Below are positions 18,430-28,732 of a stretch of 64,000 nucleotides of DNA, piece after piece (position 1 is the first letter of the stretch; each line of letters opens with the position of its first letter). Origin of the DNA: an uncultured Candidatus Saccharibacteria bacterium (GTDB taxonomy: Bacteria > Patescibacteriota > Saccharimonadia > Saccharimonadales > Saccharimonadaceae); contig CAUQBM010000001.1 of assembly GCA_963516705.1 (NCBI GenBank), forward strand, positions 4,183-68,182. Reading direction: 5' to 3'. A program made the translations under genes and the position numbers. The notes below the pieces were generated by a model. It was given only the letters and a program-made list of their open reading frames with translations. It was not told the origin of the DNA and did not search any database.

Positions 18430-19512
18430 TTATTTATCTTGTTTGACTTGAATCGTACTTTCGTAACTTGCGCCAGATAGACGATCAAACATAAAACGTC
18501 GGTTAAATAACGCTACGGCAATTGTAATTAATACGAATAATATGAATGCTAAGAATGTAATTGCGAATAGACAGAGAAATAATAGCGAATTCGCTTCCTT
18601 ATTCAATTCATCCGCGAGGTAAAACAAGCCTGCGGGAATGATGCGAAAATATATCGTGAGTAAGATTCCTCTGAAAATTGTGCGAATCCATTTTTTATTT
18701 TCAAATGTTAGTCCAAACTTTAATAATGCGCTACCAAAAGTTTTACCATTCAGTAGAGGAATTAGGCTGAAATAGAGGGCTAAAAATAGCGAAAACGGAA
18801 GTTGGGTTTTTGACAAGGTGTAAAGAATGCGGACGATAACAGCGTCGATTATTAGAGATAAACTAACACGAATTCCAGAAACTCGTGAGCCGGCCTCAAG
18901 GGATTTTTCATCTATTTCTTCCCTGGATGGAAGTAGCCACATCGCAAACCAGCCCAGAAAGTAACCGACGCATCCGCCTATCGTGTTCTGGATGATATCA
19001 TCGACGTCGGCTAATCGGTAAGGTCCTGAATAGATGAAATAAAGTCCAGATAATTGAGTTAGCTCAAAGAATAAACTTAAAATAGCTGTCAATAACAACG
19101 TCTTTTTAAGGTTACATTTGAAATAGTAGCGCAGGTAAATTCCGAACGGAATGAGCATTAAAACGTTGAAAGCAGGAACGTAAAAAGTGGGATGTTTCAT
19201 CGCCGTAATCCAAGTTGAACTATTTGTTAATACAAGTGGACTATTCTTTATAAAATCTGCGACGAATGAAAACGGAATTAAATTTAGATTTTCTGCGTAA
19301 GTTGTGTGAACGGATTCTGGATTTGGTAGCGGTAAAATAACTAAGAAATATACGGTTAATAAATACAGAATAAAGGAATAGAAAATCAAAGTCCGCAGCT
19401 TATTGACGGAGCCGTATTTTCGATAGTTCGCAATCATATACGGCAACGTGATAAGAAAAGCCAAGATTGGAAAAAGGATTAGTGCGACCTTAATAGAAAT
19501 TAGATATCCCAT
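18430..19512 (-). CDS. VanZ family protein with C-terminal RDD-like domain
   Basis: NLIPF, NVLMLIPFGIYL, ELTQL, DVDDIIQNTIG (VanZ); R..SLIID...GKTFG...FDRLSG (RDD-like). Confidence 0.85.
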   Translation of the reverse strand: MGYLISIKVALILFPILAFLITLPYMIANYRKYGSVNKLRTLIFYSFILYLLTVYFLVILPLPNPESVHTTYAENLNLIPFSFVADFIKNSPLVLTNSSTWITAMKHPTFYVPAFNVLMLIPFGIYLRYYFKCNLKKTLLLTAILSLFFELTQLSGLYFIYSGPYRLADVDDIIQNTIGGCVGYFLGWFAMWLLPSREEIDEKSLEAGSRVSGIRVSLSLIIDAVIVRILYTLSKTQLPFSLFLALYFSLIPLLNGKTFGSALLKFGLTFENKKWIRTIFRGILLTIYFRIIPAGLFYLADELNKEANSLLFLCLFAITFLAFILFVLITIAVALFNRRFMFDRLSGASYESTIQVKQDK

Positions 19513-19653
19513 AAACTCCATTATACTAAACATTTTCTCTGTAAAATTCAGGATGACTATTTCTATGCTGGGAAATATACTTGACAAAAAACAAAGCTTA
19601 TGCTAACATTGTAATCAGTATTCTAAAAATAGATACAAAAAGAAAGAATAAAA

Positions 19654-19995
19654 ATGAATTTAGTACAACAGTTTTTCACCGTTACAACCATGTTTGTCAG
19701 TTTGAATGTAGCGTTTGGTGTGCTGCTGCACGATACCAACGTCGATAAAGCGTTTTTGTCATCTTGGAAAACATATAGCGTTCAAAGTAACGTTGAGGAT
19801 GAAATAAAAATGCCAGAAACAAAGCCCCATACTCATCCAGAACACGCTCAATTGTCAAATGTGTTGAAAGAAGGTTCAGCGCGACCACGAACTACGCCTC
19901 GTAACAACGATAAGAAGCGATTGCGTCAAAAATATGCCGCCCGTGGTCAACATACTTTTGACGGATATCACCTTGATTTTGAAGGTATGGTCTAG
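19654..19995 (+). CDS. Hypothetical protein (N-terminal hydrophobic segment, basic C-terminus)
   Basis: 113-aa ORF with an upstream TTGACA-17bp-TAACAT promoter. Confidence 0.7.
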   Translation: MNLVQQFFTVTTMFVSLNVAFGVLLHDTNVDKAFLSSWKTYSVQSNVEDEIKMPETKPHTHPEHAQLSNVLKEGSARPRTTPRNNDKKRLRQKYAARGQHTFDGYHLDFEGMV

Positions 19996-19996
19996 G

Positions 19997-22552
19997 TTAT
20001 TTTAAGCTAATTACTTCCAGTTCCGAAACAAGCCGAGTAATGATTTTTTCTTGCTCGGCCAATTGCTCGCGAGTTTCCTCAACAAGGTGGGCTGGCGCCT
20101 TCTCAACGTAAGTCGGATTTTCCAGGCGTTTCTTTAATCCCGCCAATTTCTGACGTGCTTCGGCTAGGCGCATTTCCAGATTTTCCTGATGTTGATACAG
20201 AGTTTCGCTATCAATATCTAGCCATGCTTCCCTGTTTGCAGCCGCTAATCTCAGTCCGCGCGGTTGATCCGTGTGCTCAATTGCCTCAAGCCGCATAAGA
20301 TGCTTAATTGTGTCTTGATTGTCAGTGATAAGACTGTCGTTGCCGTATAGTAAGCGATATTTCTTATTTCCTGGCAGTTCAGCAATCACCCAGCGACCTT
20401 CGGCGACCAGAATCTTAAGTTGCTCGAATTGCTCGGCGGCAATCGGATCGAACTTTTCTGGAGTCGGCCAAGCTTCACGCATCAAAATGCCGTCGGTGTA
20501 ATTAAGCGTTTGCCAAATTGTTTCCGTAACGAACGGCGCAAACGGATGAGCGATTTTCAAAGAAGTCGCCAAAACCCAGGATAACAACGGACGATTGATC
20601 GCGGTTTTAGACGATTCAATGTACCAGTCGGCCACATCGTCCCAGATGGTGTGATAAACAGTTTCTGATGCCTCTGAGAAGCGATATTGCTCTATTCTAA
20701 CAGCAATGTTGTTGGCGGCGTCGTTCAATTGGCGAATAATCCAGTGATCGGCCGGAGTTTGCGGCTCTAAGTCAACAATTTGGTGATTATCGCCAATTTG
20801 CGCCTCGACAAACCTGGCAATATTCCATAGCTTATTGCAGAAATTACGTGCCGCAATGACTGATCCCTTGTTGAAAGCTTGGCTTTGAGCTGGCGCTCGC
20901 CCAGAAATAACTCCTATGCGCGTTGCGTCAGATCCGAATTCCGCAACCAATTCCATTGGATTGATAACGTTACCCTTAGACTTAGACATTTTTTGATTGT
21001 GTTCATCGTTGACCATTCCGTGTAGATAAACTTCTTTGAACGGCACCTTCCCTGTTCGGTATAGGCTAAGCATGATCATTCGAGAAACCCATGCGCGCAT
21101 AATATCCATACCGGTTTCCATCATGTCAGTTGGGAAATAATTAGCTAAATCGCCGCCAGTTAAGTAATCTGTTACGATGTATGGCCATTGACCAGATGAG
21201 AACCAAGTGTCAAAAGTATCTTCTTCCCTGATATATGTTGTGCCATTTACAACAATGCTCTGCTCGTTAGTGCGAGTGTCGAATATCCAATCCTTAGGGT
21301 CGTTTTCATTTACAAACGCAGGAATTGGTATTCCCCATGGAATCTGTCGTGAAATATTCCAGTCTTTCAATTGCTCAAGATATGCGATGAGTTCTTTGCG
21401 CTTGGATGCTGGATAAAAAGTAATCTCTTCTTTTTTAAGCGCGTCAATTGCTGGCTGTGCGAGTGATTGTGTTTTAATAAACCACTGCTCTTTAATCATT
21501 GGCTCAATTACGCTGCCACACTTATAGCAATGTCCAACAGCGTGTTCAATTTCAGTCTCACCGCGACGTAGCTCCAGTGCTTCCAGTGCTTCCAAAACTC
21601 GATCGCGAGCTTCTATTGGCGTTAATCCTAAGAACTGCGCTGGCACGTTTATCATCTTCCCTTCTGGACTGATGATTGACTCTATAGGCAAATCGTGGCG
21701 TTTCGCAATTTCAAAGTCGTTCGGGTCGTGTGCTGGCGTAATCTTAACCGCACCGGTGCCGTAGCTCATGTCGACGTATTCGTCCGCGATGATAGGAATT
21801 TCCTTATCGACAATCGGCAGTAAAATGCGAGTTCCAATCAATTTTTTGTATCGCTCGTCGTCTGGATGAACCGCCACGGCAACGTCACCGAGCATAGTTT
21901 CTGGGCGCGTAGTAGCTACGATAATCTCGCCAATTTTATCTAATGTCGGGTAAGCTATTTTCCACAACTTCCCTTTCTCGTTCTTATGTTCTACCTCGAT
22001 GTCGGCAAAGCTGGTTTGGTGTTTGGTACAGTAATTAACAATCCTTTCACCCCTGTAAACCAAGTTGTCGTCCCACATTTTCTTAAACGTATTGTATACA
22101 GTGTTGATGACTTTATCGTCCAGAGTGAACGTCAAATGCTTCCATGATGCACTAACACCTAACGCGCGCAATTGCAGCTCCATATTGCCGCGTTTTTCTT
22201 GTACGAAATTCCAAACTTGACTATACAATTGGTCACGTGAAAAATCGAAGCGACTCTTCCCTTGCTTCGTCAATTCTCTTTCATACACAACCCAAGTTTC
22301 AAACCCAGCGTGGTCGGCGCCTGGAATAAATACGGCGTCGTCACCCTTCATTCGGTGATAGCGAATCAGAATATCCTTTAGGTTCATATCGAGTGCGTGC
22401 CCGATATGCAGATTGCCGTTCGCGTTAGGTGGCGGCATAATGATTGAATATGGCTTACCTACTCCTGTCGGCTCTAATGCGCCACTGGTTTCCCATAGGG
22501 CGTAAATATTCGGTTCGTAATCGTTTGGTATGTATTGTTTAGCTAGCTGCAT
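19997..22552 (-). CDS. valS: Valine--tRNA ligase
   Basis: PPPNANGNLHIGH, ATTRPET editing domain, KMSKS, C-terminal coiled coil. Confidence 0.97.
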   Translation of the reverse strand: MQLAKQYIPNDYEPNIYALWETSGALEPTGVGKPYSIIMPPPNANGNLHIGHALDMNLKDILIRYHRMKGDDAVFIPGADHAGFETWVVYERELTKQGKSRFDFSRDQLYSQVWNFVQEKRGNMELQLRALGVSASWKHLTFTLDDKVINTVYNTFKKMWDDNLVYRGERIVNYCTKHQTSFADIEVEHKNEKGKLWKIAYPTLDKIGEIIVATTRPETMLGDVAVAVHPDDERYKKLIGTRILLPIVDKEIPIIADEYVDMSYGTGAVKITPAHDPNDFEIAKRHDLPIESIISPEGKMINVPAQFLGLTPIEARDRVLEALEALELRRGETEIEHAVGHCYKCGSVIEPMIKEQWFIKTQSLAQPAIDALKKEEITFYPASKRKELIAYLEQLKDWNISRQIPWGIPIPAFVNENDPKDWIFDTRTNEQSIVVNGTTYIREEDTFDTWFSSGQWPYIVTDYLTGGDLANYFPTDMMETGMDIMRAWVSRMIMLSLYRTGKVPFKEVYLHGMVNDEHNQKMSKSKGNVINPMELVAEFGSDATRIGVISGRAPAQSQAFNKGSVIAARNFCNKLWNIARFVEAQIGDNHQIVDLEPQTPADHWIIRQLNDAANNIAVRIEQYRFSEASETVYHTIWDDVADWYIESSKTAINRPLLSWVLATSLKIAHPFAPFVTETIWQTLNYTDGILMREAWPTPEKFDPIAAEQFEQLKILVAEGRWVIAELPGNKKYRLLYGNDSLITDNQDTIKHLMRLEAIEHTDQPRGLRLAAANREAWLDIDSETLYQHQENLEMRLAEARQKLAGLKKRLENPTYVEKAPAHLVEETREQLAEQEKIITRLVSELEVISLK

Positions 22553-22713
22553 AAGTTATTCCATGGTTTTTTCATGTGAAAAAAGACAAAAGAAAACAAA
22601 GTAGCTTTTCACGTGCAAAAGCCCTTAAATATGTAATCTTCTAATTTCTCCACATGTTTATATTACATCTTAATTATACCACAAATTTATGCGGCGGGAT
22701 GGGTGAAATAAGG

Positions 22714-23640
22714 TTATTTTCTAATCGTTTGATACGCTCGATATAGCCAATATTGAAGTGGCTTTAAGGGAAGTTCCCAAGTTGACCCAGAATAAATATC
22801 TTCGCCGCCGAACGATCGCTTGAACTTCGTAAAGCCAGCCCATGGGTGATTTTTTGGTGCGTTTTCAGGCGCAATTCCGTATAAATCGACTTTCTCCATT
22901 TGACGATGTTTTGCATCGATTATCGCTTCGGTGAGCAGGGCGGTTCCAGCGTTAAGCTTGCGATATTCTGGCGTAGAATTTGCTGCTGCATGCGCGTAAA
23001 TTCGAGTTGTTTTTGAGTCGAAAAATAGGGCAGAAGCAATTACTTTATTATCGTATGTTACATACCAAAATGAAGCATCTTTGGATGGAAGTAGGGAACC
23101 AGCTTGCTTATGAAAATATGAATCTGGGTGCGGCGACATGCCAGTTCGCTTGGCAACTTCGTGTATCAATTTTAGGAAATATTTAATATCATCTGGGTTT
23201 TGAGATTGATGAACCGTTACGCCTTTTTTGTGATAATTCCTATAACAATTCCTTACAGGTTGCGCCATGCTTGCTATAATTTCTTCCTCTGGCTGCTGGA
23301 GATTGATAACGTGCGTATGTTCTGGTTGTAAATGGACGTAAGTGGCTTTCTTCCAATGCTCATCAGATAGCACCTTAGAAAAGGTGGGTTTAATTGGTCC
23401 GACTCTAAGGAAAGTTACGCCAAGTTTTTTACCTAGATCAGCAAGATCTTTTAATGCCAACTGCAAATTTTTCTCATTAGTGGCGGTTGGGCCAAAAGGG
23501 CAGTATAAGCGAGAATTGCCTGTGCCGTGCTCTAATATTGCGAAATACTCCCATCCTTCACCTCTGTTGTGGAAGACCTTTCGGCCGAGCGATTGTTGAA
23601 ATTTTTCCCAGGCTGATGATTGTAGAAAATGCTGATTCAT
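22714..23640 (-). CDS. FemAB/FemX family aminoacyl-tRNA-dependent peptidoglycan transferase
   Basis: HFLQSSAW, YCPFGP, DLYGI, GFTKFKRSFGG. Confidence 0.88.
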   Translation of the reverse strand: MNQHFLQSSAWEKFQQSLGRKVFHNRGEGWEYFAILEHGTGNSRLYCPFGPTATNEKNLQLALKDLADLGKKLGVTFLRVGPIKPTFSKVLSDEHWKKATYVHLQPEHTHVINLQQPEEEIIASMAQPVRNCYRNYHKKGVTVHQSQNPDDIKYFLKLIHEVAKRTGMSPHPDSYFHKQAGSLLPSKDASFWYVTYDNKVIASALFFDSKTTRIYAHAAANSTPEYRKLNAGTALLTEAIIDAKHRQMEKVDLYGIAPENAPKNHPWAGFTKFKRSFGGEDIYSGSTWELPLKPLQYWLYRAYQTIRK

Positions 23641-23658
23641 GTTGTAATCCTCACAACG

Positions 23659-24729
23659 TTATATTGCTGTCATTGATAAACTTGGCTGAACTTCTAAATC
23701 ATATGGATCTGTTGGTTCGTCAATTTGAGATCTGAAATAACCGAGAGTGGCAATCATCGCGGCGTTATCTGTACAGAGTTGGATAGGGGCGTATTCGATG
23801 TCAATTGGCAAAGCTTCGCGTAATTGACGGCGCAATTCTTGATTGGCTGCGACTCCGCCAGCGATTACGACGGAAGCTGGCTGGAAATTGTCAAACGCCT
23901 TCTTGGTTTTATTTACGAGAGTTTTTATGGCTGTATACTGGAAACTCGCTGCCATATTACGTCGTAATTCGTCATCTACGAGCGCTGGAAGCTCATGAGA
24001 GGGAAAAGTGAAGTCTTTACCGACTTCGTGCTGAACAGCTCTCAAAACGGCTGTCTTAAGTCCAGAGAAGGAAAAATCGTATTCGCCGGATAGTTTGGCG
24101 ATAGGTAAGTGGAATGCGTGTGGATCGCCAAGTTCAGCGACTTTAGCAATGGCTGGGCCGCCAGGATATGGTAAACCGATGATTTTAGCAACTTTATCAA
24201 ACGCTTCGCCAACCGCGTCGTCTTGAGTTTGTCCAATAAGTTGATAATCACCGTGATTTTTGAATAGGACAAGTTGTGAATGCCCGCCTGAAACGATCAA
24301 CGAAAGCATAGGGAATGACGGCTGTTGTTTCGGCAATGTTAGAGATAAATTGTCAGCCTGCTTGTTGATAAAATTGGCGTACACGTGAGCTTCTACGTGA
24401 TGAATCTTAAAGAGCGGCCTATTGTGAATAATAGCGAGAGTTCTAGCGGCGAGAGTGCCGATTAATAGCGAGCCAATAAGCCCCGGCGCGTAAGTAACGG
24501 CGATGGCGTCGATATCGTCCCAAGTACAATTTGAGTCAGACAAAGCTTTTTTAATGACGGGATTTACAACTTCCAAATGACTACGAGCGGCAATTTCTGG
24601 AATAACTCCGCCGTATTCTGCATGAATATCAATTTGTGAATTGACGACATTTGAAAGCAAGCGTTCGCCATCTTCAACTATTGACGCCGCTGTTTCGTCG
24701 CAACTGGATTCAATTCCCAAAATCCTCAT
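23659..24729 (-). CDS. tsaD: tRNA t6A threonylcarbamoyltransferase TsaD
   Basis: LGIESSCDET, HHVEAH, SGGHSQ, DDAVGEAFDK, CTDNAAMI. Confidence 0.97.
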   Translation of the reverse strand: MRILGIESSCDETAASIVEDGERLLSNVVNSQIDIHAEYGGVIPEIAARSHLEVVNPVIKKALSDSNCTWDDIDAIAVTYAPGLIGSLLIGTLAARTLAIIHNRPLFKIHHVEAHVYANFINKQADNLSLTLPKQQPSFPMLSLIVSGGHSQLVLFKNHGDYQLIGQTQDDAVGEAFDKVAKIIGLPYPGGPAIAKVAELGDPHAFHLPIAKLSGEYDFSFSGLKTAVLRAVQHEVGKDFTFPSHELPALVDDELRRNMAASFQYTAIKTLVNKTKKAFDNFQPASVVIAGGVAANQELRRQLREALPIDIEYAPIQLCTDNAAMIATLGYFRSQIDEPTDPYDLEVQPSLSMTAI

Positions 24730-24770
24730 TTGTTTTTATTATAGCAAATATAAGTGGTAAAATGGGTACT

Positions 24771-26087
24771 ATGAAAAACGAGTTGGTAAAAATTGCTAGA
24801 AAAACGCTGCCTCAAGGAGCTTTGGAAAAAACCGAAAACGCCTATAGAGTTGCGCGCACGAAGATGATTAGCCTAAGATATGGCAATCCAGCTCGTGGCT
24901 TGAGAATTATCGCAGTAACAGGGACGAACGGGAAAACTACGACCGCTTGTTATATCAATGAGATCTTGAAAGAGGCTGGCTTTAAGACTGCATTATTTAC
25001 GACGGCGGTGATTGAAATTGCTGGCAAGGAAAAGATAAATGATTTGAATGCGACGGTTCCGACCGTGGCAAGGCTGTTTAGCTTTTTCCAGACAGCTCAG
25101 CGCGAAGGTGTAGAATATGTGATTTTAGAGGCAACAAGTCACGCTCTGTCGCAGCATAAATTTGACGGCGTGCCAATTGAGGCGGCGGTGATGACTAATT
25201 TGACTCAAGACCATTTGGATTATCACAAAACGATGGAAGCTTACGCGGCGGCCAAGGCTAAATTGTTTGAAAAAAAGCCGAAATATATCGTACTGAATCG
25301 TGATGACGAGTGGTTTGACTATTTTGACAAGTTTACAGCTTCTGGCGAGAAAATGACTTACGGAACGAATCCAGAAGCCGAAGCTCACTTAACGCACGTT
25401 AAGTTGTATAAAAAGGGAACAGAGGCGAGTTTATTGATTGATCATCAAACTCATTTGGAGCTGGCGACTAATTTGCCTGGCGAATTTAACGTGATGAATA
25501 TGTCGGCTGCGGTGTCGTTGGCGTATTTGTTGGGGATAAAGTTGGAAGACATCCAAGAGGGCGTGGCGAATTTGGAAGCGATTCCTGGAAGATTCGAGCG
25601 AGTAGAAAATAAGCTTGGAATTGATATTATTGTGGATTATGCTCACACACCAGACGCGCTGGAAAAATTGCTAAAAACCACTCATAAAATTACCAAGGGG
25701 CGATTAACTTTGGTATTTGGTGCGTGTGGTGACAGAGATAAGACAAAGCGACCGATTATGGGTGAGCTGGCGGCTAATTTGGCAGATAGGATTTTCCTAA
25801 CTGACGAGGAAAGCTATAACGAAAATCCAGATGAAATTCGGGCAATGATTCGTCAGGGAATTGAGCGAACGAAAAAAGCTCATAAAATGACGGAAATTGC
25901 TGATCGAAAACAGGCGATTTATCAAGCTCTGAGGTCGGCTGTTCGTGGCGATACGGTTCTGATTACGGGCATGGGTCATGAGCAGTACCGAATTGTGAAT
26001 GGCAAGCGAATTCCGTGGAATGACAAGAAGGTTGTTCAGGAAATTATTTCTGAGATTGAGAAAAAGAGTCGTAAAATTTCGCTTTAA
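24771..26087 (+). CDS. murE: UDP-MurNAc-tripeptide synthetase (MurE-type Mur ligase)
   Basis: VTGTNGKTT, TNLTQDHLDYH, VDYAHTPDA, FGACGDRD.TKRP.MG; start reassigned to 24771. Confidence 0.92.
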   Translation: MKNELVKIARKTLPQGALEKTENAYRVARTKMISLRYGNPARGLRIIAVTGTNGKTTTACYINEILKEAGFKTALFTTAVIEIAGKEKINDLNATVPTVARLFSFFQTAQREGVEYVILEATSHALSQHKFDGVPIEAAVMTNLTQDHLDYHKTMEAYAAAKAKLFEKKPKYIVLNRDDEWFDYFDKFTASGEKMTYGTNPEAEAHLTHVKLYKKGTEASLLIDHQTHLELATNLPGEFNVMNMSAAVSLAYLLGIKLEDIQEGVANLEAIPGRFERVENKLGIDIIVDYAHTPDALEKLLKTTHKITKGRLTLVFGACGDRDKTKRPIMGELAANLADRIFLTDEESYNENPDEIRAMIRQGIERTKKAHKMTEIADRKQAIYQALRSAVRGDTVLITGMGHEQYRIVNGKRIPWNDKKVVQEIISEIEKKSRKISL

Positions 26088-27333
26088 TCTGTTTCCAGTT
26101 TTGTGATTGGCGAACTAATTTTTCTGCATCGCTTGGGTCGAGTAGTAATTTTTTCACAGCGTCTTCAAGGTAAATGCCGCCCTGCGAGCCTTTGAATAGA
26201 ATTGTTGTATCTTTAATGTCGCTATTTTTCAGAAACTCTCCAGCTTCAAGTGCCGTGTCAAAAGAAATTACTTTACAGCCATTTTTTTCAGCGATTGGCG
26301 CGAGGTGTTTCTTGGCCATTTTACCGACGGTGATGAGCAATTCTAGCTGTTCAGGGTCACAAATTTCGCCGATTTTTTTATGTTCTGATTCGGACGTTTC
26401 GCCCAGTTCGTTCATATCGCCCAATACGGCAACTTTATGATTGGCAGAGATGGAATAGAGTGTTTTTAGCGAATTTTCCACGGCAATAGGACTGGCGTTG
26501 TAAGTGTCGTCCAGTAATGTGCAGCCACGTATGCCGAGTAAAATATTCATTCTACCTGAAACTGGTTTGATTTTTGTTAAAGCCGCCGCAACTTCTTCAA
26601 TATTCATTCCGCAAGCCAATCCCGCCGCCGCCGCGCCAGTGATTGAGCGAATATTATGCTTGCCCAATACAGAAATATTAATATCCTGAGAAGTTCCCTC
26701 GGAGTGTTTTAAATTGACAATACAACCAGTGTCTGTAGTCTTTTTAATTTCCAGGAAAACATCAGCGGATTCGTCACCGTAACTCACGCGATTTCCAACT
26801 ATGAGATTATGATATTTTTCGTCGATATCGTGAAGATTGAAGACGGTTTTTTTAGCGACTTGACTAATTGACAATTCCTCATGAGCTACCGTATCCATAT
26901 TTTTGAAAAACTCCATATGCTCAGGAGCAACAGAGGTAATTATGGCAATGTCGGGCTGAACATAGCGCATAAAAGTAGCCATTTCACCAGGGCAATCAAT
27001 GCCGCATTCTTGAATAATTATATCTGGCGATTCGGGGTTTTTTATGCTGGCATGTGCGGCGGAGAAGACTTTTAGCCAGGCTAGGGGAGATTTGGCGTTT
27101 TTTGGTCCGTCTACTCCTAAGATTTCCAGCGGCGCACTTAAGGTCGTGTTCAAATTGCCACGACTATGGCGCACGGTGAATTTTTCTGATAGAACAGTGG
27201 CGGTTGCTGATTTTACGCTAGTTTTACCAACACTGCCGACTACGGCAATTAGCTTGGTGTCAGGATGAGATTTAAGATATTTTTTTACATAAGAACCGAG
27301 AATTGTTTCTAAGAGATGTTTGAATAATTGCAT
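26044..27333 (-). CDS. murF: MurF-type Mur ligase
   Basis: VGSVGKTS, DDTYNASP, LGDMNELG, FKGSQ; 3' end overlaps murE by 44 bp. Confidence 0.88.
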   Translation of the reverse strand: MQLFKHLLETILGSYVKKYLKSHPDTKLIAVVGSVGKTSVKSATATVLSEKFTVRHSRGNLNTTLSAPLEILGVDGPKNAKSPLAWLKVFSAAHASIKNPESPDIIIQECGIDCPGEMATFMRYVQPDIAIITSVAPEHMEFFKNMDTVAHEELSISQVAKKTVFNLHDIDEKYHNLIVGNRVSYGDESADVFLEIKKTTDTGCIVNLKHSEGTSQDINISVLGKHNIRSITGAAAAGLACGMNIEEVAAALTKIKPVSGRMNILLGIRGCTLLDDTYNASPIAVENSLKTLYSISANHKVAVLGDMNELGETSESEHKKIGEICDPEQLELLITVGKMAKKHLAPIAEKNGCKVISFDTALEAGEFLKNSDIKDTTILFKGSQGGIYLEDAVKKLLLDPSDAEKLVRQSQNWKQIKAKFYDSFSQSQK

Positions 27334-27416
27334 GAAGATATTATAACAGATTGAGGAATAGTAGGGAGAAGGGTGTGGGGTTGCTTTTTTATTGATTTTA
27401 TGGTATTATAGCAGTT

Positions 27417-28301
27417 ATGAATACAAGCAGATCCAATAGGGAGCGAATGAGATTGAGTGAGACTGCTGCTGAGGTCATGAGATCTTCTGAGTATATGGAA
27501 GCACAAGATCATATACGCTCAAAGATACGCCAAAAGCTAGGCGAGACGGCATTAGAAATGGTATGGGCAAAGCGGTTTGCTGTGTCTGAAGCTATAGATA
27601 TTCAGCGTAGTAAACAAGAAAGTCGATATGAAACAGACGAAGACAGAACTCGGAAATTCCTACAAATTATGCCGCATTGGCTTAATGCTCAGTATAAGCT
27701 TGATAAGCATAATAGTGATATGTCTCGCGAAGAGATAAAAAAGTGTAAAGAAACAGTTACGACATTCAATAAAATCATACGTACTATGATAGATGAAGAG
27801 CAGTGTAGTAGTATGAAGGAAACTATGGATTCTATCAATGAGGTTATGTTAATGCTTAATTATACTCGCTCGGAGATTGAGTACGCTAGTCAGTCGTTTT
27901 ATGCTGTGATTCAGGGAATGCGCCATGAAATTGCTGCTGAAAGTGCCTTAAACTGGACTCCGGGGGTTGAACTTGCTGAAATGACTAGTATTGAAGATGA
28001 TCTTAATGGAGGAGATATTCATGTTTGCTATGTTGATGATCAAGGCGAAAGGTTTGAATTTAACATTGATATAAAAGCGACTAAAATTTCTGCTTATAAG
28101 GCAAATGAAAGGAATCGTAGACCGGGTTATTATGCAATCTGTTCGGGATTTGATGATGATGATTTTTGTGGTAGAGTGCTTCCTGAAGACAGAACTATCA
28201 AGAGTAAATGTTCTTACTATGAGAAAAAAATTAAGGAAATAGTTGCCATTGAAAGGCAAAGGCGTAGCAAAGCTCAAAGAACGCTGAGAAGTGCAGCTTA
28301 G
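27417..28301 (+). CDS. Hypothetical protein with a C-terminal PD-(D/E)XK nuclease-like motif
   Basis: HEIAA...EDDLNGGDI...IDIKA. Confidence 0.6.
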   Translation: MNTSRSNRERMRLSETAAEVMRSSEYMEAQDHIRSKIRQKLGETALEMVWAKRFAVSEAIDIQRSKQESRYETDEDRTRKFLQIMPHWLNAQYKLDKHNSDMSREEIKKCKETVTTFNKIIRTMIDEEQCSSMKETMDSINEVMLMLNYTRSEIEYASQSFYAVIQGMRHEIAAESALNWTPGVELAEMTSIEDDLNGGDIHVCYVDDQGERFEFNIDIKATKISAYKANERNRRPGYYAICSGFDDDDFCGRVLPEDRTIKSKCSYYEKKIKEIVAIERQRRSKAQRTLRSAA

Positions 28302-28308
28302 GTAGAGT

Positions 28309-28638
28309 ATGGAAGTTTATGAAGTTACTAACCCAGCTACTCTTCAGGAGCTTGATGCTGCATTGCGCATTAATCCGTTTGGCTCAGGATTTCCAATGAC
28401 AATTAAGAAGAATCTTGCTGGTAATGATATTGCAAAAAGAAGAGGTGTTGTTCCTGAGGAAGAGGAAGTTATCTTTTCACCTACTTCTATTGATGTTGGA
28501 AAGAGCAGTGAAAATACCAGAATTATTATGATAATGGGGGAAGTTGCTATTAAGGGGGTTGTTTTTATGGGAAGAATCTCTGCATCGGAAAAAGGTGATA
28601 ATGGTGATGATAATTTCCCTGAGCTACTAATCGTATAA
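28309..28638 (+). CDS. Hypothetical protein
   Basis: 109-aa ORF 7 bp downstream of the previous gene. Confidence 0.55.
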   Translation: MEVYEVTNPATLQELDAALRINPFGSGFPMTIKKNLAGNDIAKRRGVVPEEEEVIFSPTSIDVGKSSENTRIIMIMGEVAIKGVVFMGRISASEKGDNGDDNFPELLIV

Positions 28639-28659
28639 TACTGAATAGTATCTAGATAG

Positions 28660-28686
28660 TTAGCACTCACACTTGACGAGTGCTAA
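28660..28686 (+). promoter_or_regulatory. CIRCE element (HrcA operator) overlapping the groES promoter
   Basis: Perfect TTAGCACTC-N9-GAGTGCTAA; contains -35-like TTGACG, with TACAAT at 28697. Confidence 0.95.
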
Positions 28687-28732
28687 ATTGGTGCGTTACA
28701 ATAGATACGTTGTTAACGAAATGGAGGATAAC

